The notes under the pieces were generated by a model. That model was not told where the DNA came from. It saw only the letters and a program-made list of their open reading frames with translations, and did no database searches. Below, one piece after another: positions 1 to 9,162 of a DNA stretch of 64,000 bases. The position numbers were made by a program, and so were the translations under genes. The stretch comes from Candidatus Aldehydirespiratoraceae bacterium (GTDB lineage: Bacteria; Actinomycetota; Acidimicrobiia; Acidimicrobiales; Aldehydirespiratoraceae), in assembly GCA_965203375.1 (NCBI GenBank), contig OZ241886.1:2431249-2495248 (forward strand), given 5' to 3'. The stretch's first letter is position 1. Each line of letters begins with the position of its first letter.

Positions 1-1
1 C

Positions 2-1162
2 TTGGAGATGAGCGTGGCCCTCACCGGGCCTCTGGCGGTGGCCATGCTGGTGGACCAGGGTGCGGCGGCGGTCAAGGTGGAGACGCCCGGCTTCGGCGAC
101 CAGGGCCGCTACATGGGGGTGGGCGCGGGCGGAATGTCGGCCATGTTCCAGATCTGCAACCGGGGCAAGCGGGCGGTGGCGGTGGACTGCGGCGACCCCC
201 GGGGCCGCGACATCGTGATGGACCTGGCCGCCGGCGCCGACGTGTTCGTCCAGAACATGCGGCCCGGCGCGGTCGAGCGGCTCGGCCTCGGCTATGAGGC
301 GGTGGCCGAGCGCAACCCCGACATCGTCTACGCCTCCATCACCGGCTTCGGGCCCGACGGCCCCTACGCCCACCGCCGGGCCTACGACTCGGTGCTGCAG
401 GCCCAGGCCGGCCTGGCCGCCAACCAGACCGGGCTCAGCGACGACCGGCCCAAGTTCCTCCGCCAGGCCGCGGCCGACAAGATCACCGCCCACACCGCCT
501 GCCAGGCCATCACCGCCGCCCTGTTCGCCCGGGCCCGGGGGGCGGGCGGCCAGCATGTGGAGCTGTCCATGCTCGACGCGACGGTGGCCTATCTGTTCCC
601 CGACTCGGCCGGCCATGAGGTGGCCCTGGACAACGAGCAGCCTCACCTGGGCCAGTCGATCGTGGCCAACCAGAGGGCCATGGCCTTCACCGACGGCCAC
701 GCGGTGATCGCCGCCGTGACCGACTCCGAGTTCCACGGCATGGGCCGGGCCTTCGGGGTGGACACCTCCGCCCCGGCCCTGGCCACCATGACCGACCGCT
801 GGAAGAACAAGGAGGCCTACAGCCGGGCGGTGCGGGCCGCCCACGCCGCGGCCGCGTCGATGACGCTGGCCGAGGGGGTGGAGGCCATGGAGCGCGAGGA
901 CGTGCCCTACGGGGTGGTGCTGGCCGTGGAGGACCTGGCCGACGACGCCCAGGTGATGCACAACGCCCTGCTGGAGGAGCACGACCACCCGGCGATGGGC
1001 CGGGTCCGCCAGCCCCGGGTCCCGGCCCGCTTCGGCGGCACCCCGGCCTCGTTGCGGAACCCCTCGGCGCCGACGGTGGGCCAGCACACCGACGAGGTGC
1101 TGACCGAGCTGGGCTGGGGTCACCGCCTGGCCGAGCTGCGGGCCGACAAGGTGGTGGCCTGA
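2..1162 (+). CDS. CoA-transferase family III (CaiB/BaiF-like), 5'-partial at window edge
   Basis: ORF open to position 2; family-III CoA-transferase sequence pattern (GPLAV..LVDQGA.V.KVE.PG.GD, ..ASITGFGPDGPY..). Confidence 0.8.
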   Translation: MEMSVALTGPLAVAMLVDQGAAAVKVETPGFGDQGRYMGVGAGGMSAMFQICNRGKRAVAVDCGDPRGRDIVMDLAAGADVFVQNMRPGAVERLGLGYEAVAERNPDIVYASITGFGPDGPYAHRRAYDSVLQAQAGLAANQTGLSDDRPKFLRQAAADKITAHTACQAITAALFARARGAGGQHVELSMLDATVAYLFPDSAGHEVALDNEQPHLGQSIVANQRAMAFTDGHAVIAAVTDSEFHGMGRAFGVDTSAPALATMTDRWKNKEAYSRAVRAAHAAAASMTLAEGVEAMEREDVPYGVVLAVEDLADDAQVMHNALLEEHDHPAMGRVRQPRVPARFGGTPASLRNPSAPTVGQHTDEVLTELGWGHRLAELRADKVVA

Positions 1163-1167
1163 CCCCC

Positions 1168-2040
1168 GTGACCGACCCGGCACCGGCCGATCGCGGGTCC
1201 GACTTGGCGGTGGCCGCTTCCAGGCCCGGACCAGCGGCATCCGACTCCCGGCCCGGCTCGGCGTCGGCCGCCTCTCAGACCGACCCGGCCGCCGGGTTGA
1301 TGAGCGCATCGGGGCGGCGGTGGCTCGATGTCGTCCGGATGGGGGAATGGGAGCGGCACTTCGAGAGCCGCGGCGAGGCACCGCCCATACCGGCGGCCAC
1401 GGTGGTGCTGCTGCGGGACGGCCCCTCGGGGCTGGAGACCCTGATGCTGCGCCGCAATACCGGGATCGACTTCGGCGGGATGTGGGTGTTCCCCGGGGGC
1501 CGGATCGACCCCGCCGACCAGGACCCGACCGGCGACGCCATCCGGGCCGCCCGCAACGCCGCCGTCCGGGAGGCCCGCGAGGAGGCGGACGCGGCGGTGG
1601 ACCCGCAATCCCTGGTCTACTTCGCCTTCTGGCTGCCGCCCCCCATCGCCCCCCGCCGCTACGCCACCTGGTTCTTCGCCGCCCGGGCCGCCGATGCCGC
1701 CGTGGTGGTGGACTCCGGCGAGATCGTGCGCCACGAGTGGATGGCCCCGGCCGAGGCCATGGACCGGGCGGAGGTGGAGCTGGCCCCGCCCACCTGGGTC
1801 ACGCTGCACACCCTGGGCCGGTTCGCCACCACCGAAGCGGCCCTGGAGGGGCTGGCCCGCCGCCGGCCCCGGCGCTATGAGACCAGCATCGGCGAGGGCC
1901 CCGACGGGCCGGTGGCCATGTGGTTCGGCGACGCCGGCTACGAGACGGCCGACCCGGCCGCGCCCGGCCCCCGCCACCGGCTGACCATGGCGCCCGGCGC
2001 CGGCTACCGCTTCGACGAGTCCGGCTACCGGGACCCTTAG
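1168..2040 (+). CDS. NUDIX hydrolase
   Basis: Nudix box GGMWVFPGGRIDP...AAVREAREEAD; alternative ATG start at 1300 in the same frame. Confidence 0.75.
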   Translation: MTDPAPADRGSDLAVAASRPGPAASDSRPGSASAASQTDPAAGLMSASGRRWLDVVRMGEWERHFESRGEAPPIPAATVVLLRDGPSGLETLMLRRNTGIDFGGMWVFPGGRIDPADQDPTGDAIRAARNAAVREAREEADAAVDPQSLVYFAFWLPPPIAPRRYATWFFAARAADAAVVVDSGEIVRHEWMAPAEAMDRAEVELAPPTWVTLHTLGRFATTEAALEGLARRRPRRYETSIGEGPDGPVAMWFGDAGYETADPAAPGPRHRLTMAPGAGYRFDESGYRDP

Positions 2041-2047
2041 GACCCGG

Positions 2048-3034
2048 TCAGGCCGGGCGGGCCAGGAGGTCCTCGATCAGCCCGGCCAGCTCCAGGGGCC
2101 GGTCGCCCTGGATGGAGTGGCCGGCGCCGTCGACCACCGCGTGGGTCGTCTGCGGACAGCGCCGCATCCACTCGGCCACGTCGGCGTCGTCCACCACGCT
2201 CCAGCGGCCCCCCTGCCACAGGGCCACCGGCATCCCCAGCCTGCCGACCATGTCCCACATGGTCCCGAAGGGCGAATCCCCGCCCACGTCGGTGCCGCCG
2301 TCCGAGCCTCCGCTGTCACCCGAGCCGCCGCCGTCGGCCGAGCCGGAGTACTCACCGCCGGAGCCGGTGCTGCCGGTGTCCTCCCAGTTGCGGATGCGGT
2401 CGTAGTTCCACCGCCAGCGGCCGTCGGGGCCCTCGTGGGCATTGTGGAGCACCCCCCGGCGCAGGGACTGCTCGCTGCGGCCCGGGTTGTGCTCGACGGT
2501 GCGGGCCAGGATGGCCTCGAAGCTGTCGAAGTCGTCGGGGCCGTCGATGAAGGCGACGATGGGGCCGGTCTTGGAGCCGTCCACCCCGGGGGTCACGTCC
2601 ACCACCCCGAGGCGGCGGACCAGGCCGGGGTGCTCGGCGGCCAAGGCGATGGCGGTAAGACCTCCCAGCGACATGCCCACCACCGCCTCGGCCTCGGGGG
2701 CCAGGGCGGCTGCGGCCGCGGCCACGTCGGCGGCCATGCTCGCAGGGCCGTAGCGGTGGTCGGGCCGGTGGTCGGAGTGGCCGTGCCCGGGGAGGTCCAC
2801 CGCCACCAGGGGCCGGTCGAGGGCCAGGGCCACCGTGTCCCAGGTGTGGGCGTTCTGGGCCCCGCCGTGGATGAGCACCAGCTCGGGCGGCCCGACGCCC
2901 CACACCAGCGCCGACAGGCTCAGCCCGCTGTCCAGCGGGACCGAAGCCCGGCGCACCTCCGGCGGGCCGCTCCAGTCGATGGAGTACTCGGCCGCGTTCT
3001 CGGCCAGCATCCCGAACTCGTCGTAGCCGGCCAT
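2048..3034 (-). CDS. alpha/beta-fold hydrolase (with Gly/Ser-rich insertion)
   Basis: LVLIHGG.QNAHTWD...DLPGHGHS...GMSLGG nucleophile elbow. Confidence 0.7.
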   Translation of the reverse strand: MAGYDEFGMLAENAAEYSIDWSGPPEVRRASVPLDSGLSLSALVWGVGPPELVLIHGGAQNAHTWDTVALALDRPLVAVDLPGHGHSDHRPDHRYGPASMAADVAAAAAALAPEAEAVVGMSLGGLTAIALAAEHPGLVRRLGVVDVTPGVDGSKTGPIVAFIDGPDDFDSFEAILARTVEHNPGRSEQSLRRGVLHNAHEGPDGRWRWNYDRIRNWEDTGSTGSGGEYSGSADGGGSGDSGGSDGGTDVGGDSPFGTMWDMVGRLGMPVALWQGGRWSVVDDADVAEWMRRCPQTTHAVVDGAGHSIQGDRPLELAGLIEDLLARPA

Positions 3035-3038
3035 CGCC

Positions 3039-3968
3039 TCAGCCTAGATTTGACCGGGGCGGACCCGGCGCGGCCGACTCGCTCGGACCGGCCCCGGCTG
3101 GCTCGGGTCCCGACGACTCGGGCCCGCTTTGGCCGGACCCGGAGCGGCCGGCTCGGGTCCGCCGGCCGACCACGCCCTCGTCCTGCGAACCCGCCGGCGC
3201 CCAGCGGAACCGGCGGGCTGCCACCAGCGCGGCGGCGGCCAGCCAGGCCCCCATGACGGCGAGATGGCCCCACTCGAAGGCGGGGGCGTCCGAGAAGGGC
3301 GACATGGCCTCCCCGAAGGCGGATGCGAAGTGCTTGAGGGGGAAGAAGTCGCCGATCACCTCCAGCCACCGGGGCGGGTCGCCGGCCGCGCCCAGCGAGA
3401 TGAAGACGTTGGACACGAAGCCCAGGGGTATGAGGGTGGCGTTGGTGATGGACTGGGCCGCGCCCATGGTCTTGGCCAGGGCCGAGACGGCCACGCCGGC
3501 GGTGGCGAAGGCGGCCGAGCCGACGACGAAGGCCAGGACCAGGGCCGGCAGCTTGGCCGCCTCAATGTTCACCCCGTAGGCCAGCACCCCCAGCGCCACC
3601 ATGACCGCCACGGACACCAGGGCGATCCACACCGCCGATCCCACCACCCCGGCCAGGTAGACCCACGGCGGCAGCGGCGTGCCCCGAACCCGCTTGAGGA
3701 TGCCCAGCTCGCGGCGGCTGGTGAGGTTGATGCCGATGTTGGTGTAGGTGGCCGAGGCGGCTGCGAACACGGCCAGGCCCGGGGTGTAGAACTGGCTGGT
3801 GGTGACCGTCCCGTAGGGGGTGTCGAAGCTCTCGTTGCCGAAGAGGGCGATGAACAGCACCAGCAGCATCACCGGGAAGATCAGGGTGAAGAAGGCGCCG
3901 ATCGGCACCCGCCAGAAGATCCGGTTCTGGCTGCGGATCTGCGACAGCACCAGGCCGAGCGTCCTCAC
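3039..3968 (-). CDS. ABC-2 family transporter permease
   Basis: 6 predicted TM segments, ABC-2 type; start overlaps upstream ATPase stop by 4 bp. Confidence 0.7.
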   Translation of the reverse strand: MRTLGLVLSQIRSQNRIFWRVPIGAFFTLIFPVMLLVLFIALFGNESFDTPYGTVTTSQFYTPGLAVFAAASATYTNIGINLTSRRELGILKRVRGTPLPPWVYLAGVVGSAVWIALVSVAVMVALGVLAYGVNIEAAKLPALVLAFVVGSAAFATAGVAVSALAKTMGAAQSITNATLIPLGFVSNVFISLGAAGDPPRWLEVIGDFFPLKHFASAFGEAMSPFSDAPAFEWGHLAVMGAWLAAAALVAARRFRWAPAGSQDEGVVGRRTRAGRSGSGQSGPESSGPEPAGAGPSESAAPGPPRSNLG

Positions 3969-5026
3969 TGCGGCCCCTCCCCGCCCCCGTTTTCGTTGCC
4001 GGCAGCGCTCCCGCCGCGGCTTCCGGCCCTGCCGCCGGTCCCGCCGGTCTCGCCGTCGCCGGCCCTGTCCTCGTCGTTGCCGTCGTCGTCATCGTCATCG
4101 TCGTCGCTTACCAGGGCCAGGTAGGCCTCTTCGAGGGTGGGGCTGGTGACGGTCAGCTCGGCCAGCTCGATCCCCCGGTGGAGGGCCCATCCGGTGAGGT
4201 GGGCCAGATCGGCGGTGGGGGTCTCGGTGGCCACTTCCAGGTGGCGGCCCCGGCCCTTGGCCCGGCCGGCCAGCGGGCCCACCAGCGACTCCACCGAGTC
4301 CGCCCGCTCGGGCAGCCGGAAGCGGATCAGGGTGGTGCCCGAGGCGTCGGCCCGGAGCCGGGCCGGGGTGCCCTCGGCCGCGATCCGGCCCCGGGCCAGC
4401 ACCGCCACCCGGTCGGCCAAGTGCTCGGCCTCCTCCAGGTAGTGGGTGGTCAGCAGCACGGTCCGGCCCCGGGCGGTGAGGGTCTTCACCAAGTCCCAGC
4501 TCCGGCGGCGGGCGGCCGGGTCGAAGCCGGTGGTCGGCTCGTCCAAGAAGATCAGCTCCGGGTCCCCCACCAGCCCCAGGGCCAGGTCGACCCGGCGCTG
4601 CTGGCCGCCCGACAGCGATGTCACCCGGGCCGAGGCCTTCTCGGTGAGCTCCACCATCTCGATCATCTCGTCGGTGGGGCGGGGCCGCCGGTAGACCCGG
4701 CGGTACAGGTCGATGACCTCGCGCACGGTCAGCTCGGGGTCGATCCCCGAGGACTGCAGCACGATGCCGATCCGGTCCCGGAACCAGCGGGGGGCCGAGC
4801 CGGGATCGACGCCCAGCACCTCCACCGACCCGGCGCTGCGGCGGCGGTGGCCCTCCAGGATCTCGACGATGGTGGACTTGCCAGCCCCGTTGGGGCCCAG
4901 CAGGGCCACCACCTCCCCCTCCCCCACCTCGAACGACACGCCGTCCACCGCCCGGACGGCCCCGTAGTCCTTGACCAGGCCGTCCACGGCGATCACGGCG
5001 CTCACGGCGGGCCACCCTACCGACAC
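3965..5026 (-). CDS. ABC transporter ATP-binding protein with poly-Asp C-terminal tail
   Basis: Walker A GPNGAGKST, ABC signature LSGGQQRRV, Walker B IFLDEPT; tail SDDDDDDDDGNDED; true start may be an internal GTG near 4990. Confidence 0.85.
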   Translation of the reverse strand: MSVGWPAVSAVIAVDGLVKDYGAVRAVDGVSFEVGEGEVVALLGPNGAGKSTIVEILEGHRRRSAGSVEVLGVDPGSAPRWFRDRIGIVLQSSGIDPELTVREVIDLYRRVYRRPRPTDEMIEMVELTEKASARVTSLSGGQQRRVDLALGLVGDPELIFLDEPTTGFDPAARRRSWDLVKTLTARGRTVLLTTHYLEEAEHLADRVAVLARGRIAAEGTPARLRADASGTTLIRFRLPERADSVESLVGPLAGRAKGRGRHLEVATETPTADLAHLTGWALHRGIELAELTVTSPTLEEAYLALVSDDDDDDDDGNDEDRAGDGETGGTGGRAGSRGGSAAGNENGGGEGPQ

Positions 5027-5042
5027 CGCGTACCATGGGACG

Positions 5043-5432
5043 ATGAGGCCGATGCGGGGGACGGTGGTGATCGCCGAGTACGCCGACCATCTGGAGGCGA
5101 AGGTGGCCGCGGCCCGCCTGACCGAGGCCGGGTTCGAGTCGACCGTGCTGATCGACCCGGCCGCCGGCGTGGCCCCCCATCACGTGACCGACCCGATGGC
5201 GGCCGTGGTCGTGGCCGAGGGGGCGGCCGAGGAGGCCGCGGCCGTTCTGGCCGAGGTGCCCGCCGACGAGGAGGCCGAGCGGCTCGACGCCGCCTTCCAC
5301 CACCGCCGATTCTCGGACCGCCCGGCCTGGGTCCGCTACGCCACCTGGGCCCTCATCCTGGCCATACCCGGCCCCGTCGCCCTCGCCGCCCTGTGGGTGC
5401 TGTGGCGGCTGCTGCAGGGCCTTTTCCCCTGA
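5043..5432 (+). CDS. hypothetical protein, DUF2007-like N-terminus plus C-terminal TM helix
   Basis: MRPMRGTVVIAEYADHLEAKVAAARLTEAGFESTV resembles putative signal-transducing DUF2007; divergent from ABC operon. Confidence 0.45.
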   Translation: MRPMRGTVVIAEYADHLEAKVAAARLTEAGFESTVLIDPAAGVAPHHVTDPMAAVVVAEGAAEEAAAVLAEVPADEEAERLDAAFHHRRFSDRPAWVRYATWALILAIPGPVALAALWVLWRLLQGLFP

Positions 5433-5464
5433 TCCGCCTCCGTCATCGAAGGGACCCAAGCCCC

Positions 5465-6400
5465 ATGTCCAAGCCAATAGCCGAGAGTCCGCCTGCCGAT
5501 TACTTGCAAATAGACCCACCTCCGCTCGACTCGGTACCGAACCCGTCAACGCCCGGTCCCGGCCCGGCGGCGCCGGCCGGCGGGCTGGCCGATCTGGTCG
5601 GCTACGCGGGCAAGAAGGTGGTGCTCACCGGCGGGGCCAGCGGGCTGGGGGCGGCCGCGGTCGAGCTGTTGGCCGCCTCGGGCTGCACCGACCTGACCGT
5701 GCTGGACGTGAAGGAGCCGACCGGGCCGGCCACCCGCTTCATACCCGCCGACATGAGCGACCCCGACTCGATAGACGCGGCCGCGGCCGAGGTCGGCGGC
5801 GGCACCGACGTGCTGTTCAACAACGCCGGAGTGGCCGGGGTCCACGCCGGCGACTTCGTGCTGCGGGTCAACTACCTGGGCCTGCGCCGCCTCAGCGAGA
5901 GCCTGCTGCCCACCATGAACTCGGGCGGGGCCATAGTCAACACCGCCTCCATCTACGGCTCTCGCTGGCCCGACCGGCTGGACGTGCTCAAAGAGCTGAT
6001 CGCCGTCGAGGGCTGGGACAAGGCGGTGGCGTGGATTCTGGACCGCGCCGAGATGGTGGAGGCCGACTCCTACGCCTTGTCCAAGGAGCTGGTGCAGGTG
6101 TGGACCATGCACAGCTCCCACCGCAGCCTCACCCGGTTCGGGGTGCGGACCAACAGCCTTTGCCCGGGCCCCATTGACACCCCGCTGATGGCCGACTTCC
6201 GCCGCCAGGCCACCGAGAAGGTGATCGACTGGGCCATCGAGCAGTCGGGCGGGATCATCAGCCCCGAGCACATGGCCCGGCTGCTGCTGGTGCTGGGCAG
6301 CGACGCGGCCGCGGCCGTCAACGGCGCCAACCTGGTGGCCGACCGGGGCTTCAGCGCCTGGATGGTCACCGACCACGTGGACTTCTCGGCCCTGGCCTGA
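5465..6400 (+). CDS. SDR family oxidoreductase
   Basis: TGGASGLG Rossmann motif, NNAG, YxxxK-type region; only the C-terminal part of the long 4178..6400 ORF is credible. Confidence 0.75.
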   Translation: MSKPIAESPPADYLQIDPPPLDSVPNPSTPGPGPAAPAGGLADLVGYAGKKVVLTGGASGLGAAAVELLAASGCTDLTVLDVKEPTGPATRFIPADMSDPDSIDAAAAEVGGGTDVLFNNAGVAGVHAGDFVLRVNYLGLRRLSESLLPTMNSGGAIVNTASIYGSRWPDRLDVLKELIAVEGWDKAVAWILDRAEMVEADSYALSKELVQVWTMHSSHRSLTRFGVRTNSLCPGPIDTPLMADFRRQATEKVIDWAIEQSGGIISPEHMARLLLVLGSDAAAAVNGANLVADRGFSAWMVTDHVDFSALA

Positions 6401-6466
6401 GATCAGGCTCGGAGCGCCGGACCGCCGTGAACGCCGCGGCCCCGGCGCTGTGAACCCCCCGGTGCC

Positions 6467-9076
6467 GTGACCACTCCGGCGCTGGGCGAGCGGATGCCGC
6501 CCGGCGGCGGCCCCGACGAGCTGCTGGAGGCCTTCGAGCAGTGGGCGGCCGACGCCGGCTTCGAGCTCTACGAGCATCAGCAGGAGGCGATGCTGCACCT
6601 GCTGGCCGACGACAACGTGGTGCTGGCCACCCCCACCGGGTCGGGCAAGTCGCTGGTGGCGATGGCCGGGATCTTCGCGGCGCTGGCCCGGGGCCGGCGG
6701 GCGGTCTACACCGCGCCGGTCAAGGCGCTGGTGAGCGAGAAGTTCTTCGAGCTGACCGCGGCCTTCGGCGCCGACCGGGTGGGCATGGTCACCGGCGACG
6801 CCACCGTCAACGGCAGCGCCCCGGTGATCGCCTGCACGGCCGAGATCCTGGCCAACCGGACCCTGCGGGCCGGGGCCGCCGCCGGCGCCGACTTCGTGGT
6901 GATGGACGAGATCCACTACTACGGCGACCGGGACCGGGGCTGGGCCTGGCAGGTGCCGCTGCTGGAGCTGCGCCGGGCCCAGTTCCTGCTCATGTCGGCC
7001 ACCCTGGGCGACACCGCCCGGATGCGGGACGACCTGGCCGCCCGGACCGGGCGGGACGCCGCCCTGGTGGCCGCGGCGGAGCGGCCGGTGCCCCTGGACT
7101 TCGAGTACCGCGAGACCCCGCTGCACGTGTCGGTGGAGAAGCTGCTGGAGCAGGGCAAGGCGCCGGTCTACATCGTCCACTTCACCCAGAAGGAGGCCTC
7201 GGCCCGGGCCCAGAGCCTCACCAGCCTCGACGTGCTGGACGCGGCCGGCAAGGCGGCGGTGCGGGAGGCGGTGGGCGGGTTCCGCTTCGACACCCCCGTC
7301 GGCAAGGACCTGAGGCGCTTCGTGACCGCCGGCATCGGCGTCCACCACGCCGGCCTGCTCCCCAAGTACCGGCTGCTGGTGGAGAAGCTGGCCCAGCAGG
7401 GCCACCTGCGTCTGATATGCGGCACCGACACCTTGGGGGTGGGGGTGAACATGCCGGTCCGCACCGTGCTGTTCACCCAGCTCTTCAAGTACGACGGGCG
7501 CCGCACCCGGGTGCTGTCGGTGCGGGACTTCCAGCAGATCGCGGGACGGGCCGGCCGCCGGGGCTTCGACGACGCCGGGAGCGTGTGGGTGCAGGCCCCC
7601 GAGCACGTCGTCGAGAACAAGCGGGCCGAGGTCAAGGCGGCGGCCGCGGCGGCGGCCGGCGGGGGCGGCAAGCGCCGCAAGCCGGTCCGCAAGAAGCCGC
7701 CCGAGCGGGGCTACGCCCACTACGACGGCGACACCCTGGTCCGCCTGGCCGGCGGGGCGCCCGAGACCCTGGAGTCGAGCTTCCGGGTGACCCATGCCAT
7801 GATGCTCAACGTCTTGGACCGGCCCGGCGACGGCTGCGCGGCCATGAAGAAGCTGCTGGTGGACAACCACGAGCCCCGGCCCCGCCAGCGCGACCACATC
7901 CGCCGGGCGGTGAGCGTGTTCCGGTCGCTGACCGACGCCGGGATCGTCGAGGTGCTGGACGAGCCCGACGAGCTGGGCCGCCCGGTGCGGGTCGGCCTCG
8001 ACCTCCAGGACGAGTTCCGGCTCAACCAGCCCCTGTCGCTGTTCGCGGTGGAGGCGGTGGCGGTGCTGGACCGGTCCGCGGCCGACTACCACCTGCAGGC
8101 GCTCAGCCTGGTGGAGTCGATCGTCGAGGACCCGACGGTGGTGCTGATGGCCCAGCTCGACCGGATCAAGGACGGGTTGATTACCCGGATGAAGGCCGAG
8201 GGGATCGAGTACGAGGAACGGATGAGCCGCCTGGCCGAGGTCACCTGGCCCCGGCCCGAGGCCGACTTCATCGAGGGGTCGTTCGAGGTGTTCGCCCGCC
8301 ACCACCCCTGGGTGGAGCGGGACCGGCCCAGCCCCAAGTCGGTGGTGCGGGACATGCTCGAGTGCGCCGACACCTTCAACCAGTACGTGGCCCGCTACGG
8401 CCTGAAGCGCTCGGAGGGGGTGCTGCTGCGCTACCTGTCGGACTGCTACCGGACGCTGACCCAGACCGTGCCGGCCGAGGCGGTCACCGACGAGTTGGAC
8501 GACGTCATCGCCTGGCTGGGGGCGGTCGTCCGCCACGTCGACTCCAGCCTGCTGGACGAGTGGGAGCGGCTCCGCCATCCCGAGGCGCCCGCGGCCTCCG
8601 CGCCGTCCCCCGGCGGCGAAGGAGACGACAGGGGCGAGGGTGGCGAGGAGGGCGACGGCGGCGAGAGCGGCAGGGGTGACGGGGGCGAGGAGGGCCAAGC
8701 CGACATCACCGCCGACCGGCGGGCCTTCGAGGTGATGGTCCGCAACGAGATGTTCGGCTGGGTGCAGTTGCTGGCCCGGCGGGCCCACGGCGAGCTGGCG
8801 GCCCGGCTGGCCGGCGGAGAGTCGAAGACCTGGACCGAGGCCGACCTCGACTCGGCCATGGCCCCGTACTGGGCCGAGCACGACGCCATCGGGATCGACG
8901 GCGAGGCCCGGTCCCGGAACTGGGTCGACATCGACCACGGCACCGGCCGAGTCGCCCAGCGACTGCTCGACCCGGCCGGTCACTGCGAATGGACAGTCGA
9001 GGCCCGCATCGACCGGGCCGCATCTCGGGCCCGCCAGCGGGCAGTGCTGGAGCTAGTCGGGATCAGCCGCCTCTAG
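6467..9076 (+). CDS. Ski2-like SF2 DEAD/DEAH-box helicase (DUF3516-type architecture)
   Basis: Walker A TPTGSGKS, DEIH box VMDEIHYY, helicase C motifs; ~870 aa with acidic low-complexity insert near the C-terminus. Confidence 0.8.
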   Translation: MTTPALGERMPPGGGPDELLEAFEQWAADAGFELYEHQQEAMLHLLADDNVVLATPTGSGKSLVAMAGIFAALARGRRAVYTAPVKALVSEKFFELTAAFGADRVGMVTGDATVNGSAPVIACTAEILANRTLRAGAAAGADFVVMDEIHYYGDRDRGWAWQVPLLELRRAQFLLMSATLGDTARMRDDLAARTGRDAALVAAAERPVPLDFEYRETPLHVSVEKLLEQGKAPVYIVHFTQKEASARAQSLTSLDVLDAAGKAAVREAVGGFRFDTPVGKDLRRFVTAGIGVHHAGLLPKYRLLVEKLAQQGHLRLICGTDTLGVGVNMPVRTVLFTQLFKYDGRRTRVLSVRDFQQIAGRAGRRGFDDAGSVWVQAPEHVVENKRAEVKAAAAAAAGGGGKRRKPVRKKPPERGYAHYDGDTLVRLAGGAPETLESSFRVTHAMMLNVLDRPGDGCAAMKKLLVDNHEPRPRQRDHIRRAVSVFRSLTDAGIVEVLDEPDELGRPVRVGLDLQDEFRLNQPLSLFAVEAVAVLDRSAADYHLQALSLVESIVEDPTVVLMAQLDRIKDGLITRMKAEGIEYEERMSRLAEVTWPRPEADFIEGSFEVFARHHPWVERDRPSPKSVVRDMLECADTFNQYVARYGLKRSEGVLLRYLSDCYRTLTQTVPAEAVTDELDDVIAWLGAVVRHVDSSLLDEWERLRHPEAPAASAPSPGGEGDDRGEGGEEGDGGESGRGDGGEEGQADITADRRAFEVMVRNEMFGWVQLLARRAHGELAARLAGGESKTWTEADLDSAMAPYWAEHDAIGIDGEARSRNWVDIDHGTGRVAQRLLDPAGHCEWTVEARIDRAASRARQRAVLELVGISRL

Positions 9077-9097
9077 CCCCGTTCAGCCCCCCTCCCC

Positions 9098-9153
9098 CGG
9101 GTTTTCTGAGCAAAAATCGTCGCTATACGCCAACTATTTGCTCAGAAAAACAG
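9098..9153. terminator. long AT-rich inverted repeat, putative bidirectional terminator between convergent genes
   Basis: GTTTTCTGAGCAAA ... TTTGCTCAGAAAAAC perfect 14-bp stems (extended imperfectly by CCCCTCCCCC / GAGGGGG), in the only AT-rich patch locally. Confidence 0.4.
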
Positions 9154-9162
9154 AAGAGGGGG

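Noticed and set aside
4178-5464. N-terminal 429 codons of ORF 4178..6400
   Set aside because: Junk-like composition and overlap with ABC ATPase and the DUF2007-like gene. Only the SDR part from ATG 5465 is credible.
1120-8983. Long Arg/Pro/Gly-rich ORFs antisense or out of frame to real genes (e.g. 1120..1977-, 2117..3256+, 4095..5549-, 5546..8983-, 6541..8679+, 26331..29354+, 30334..32118+)
   Set aside because: Typical spurious open frames of >70% GC DNA with low-complexity RPGA composition; each overlaps a gene with a clear family signature.
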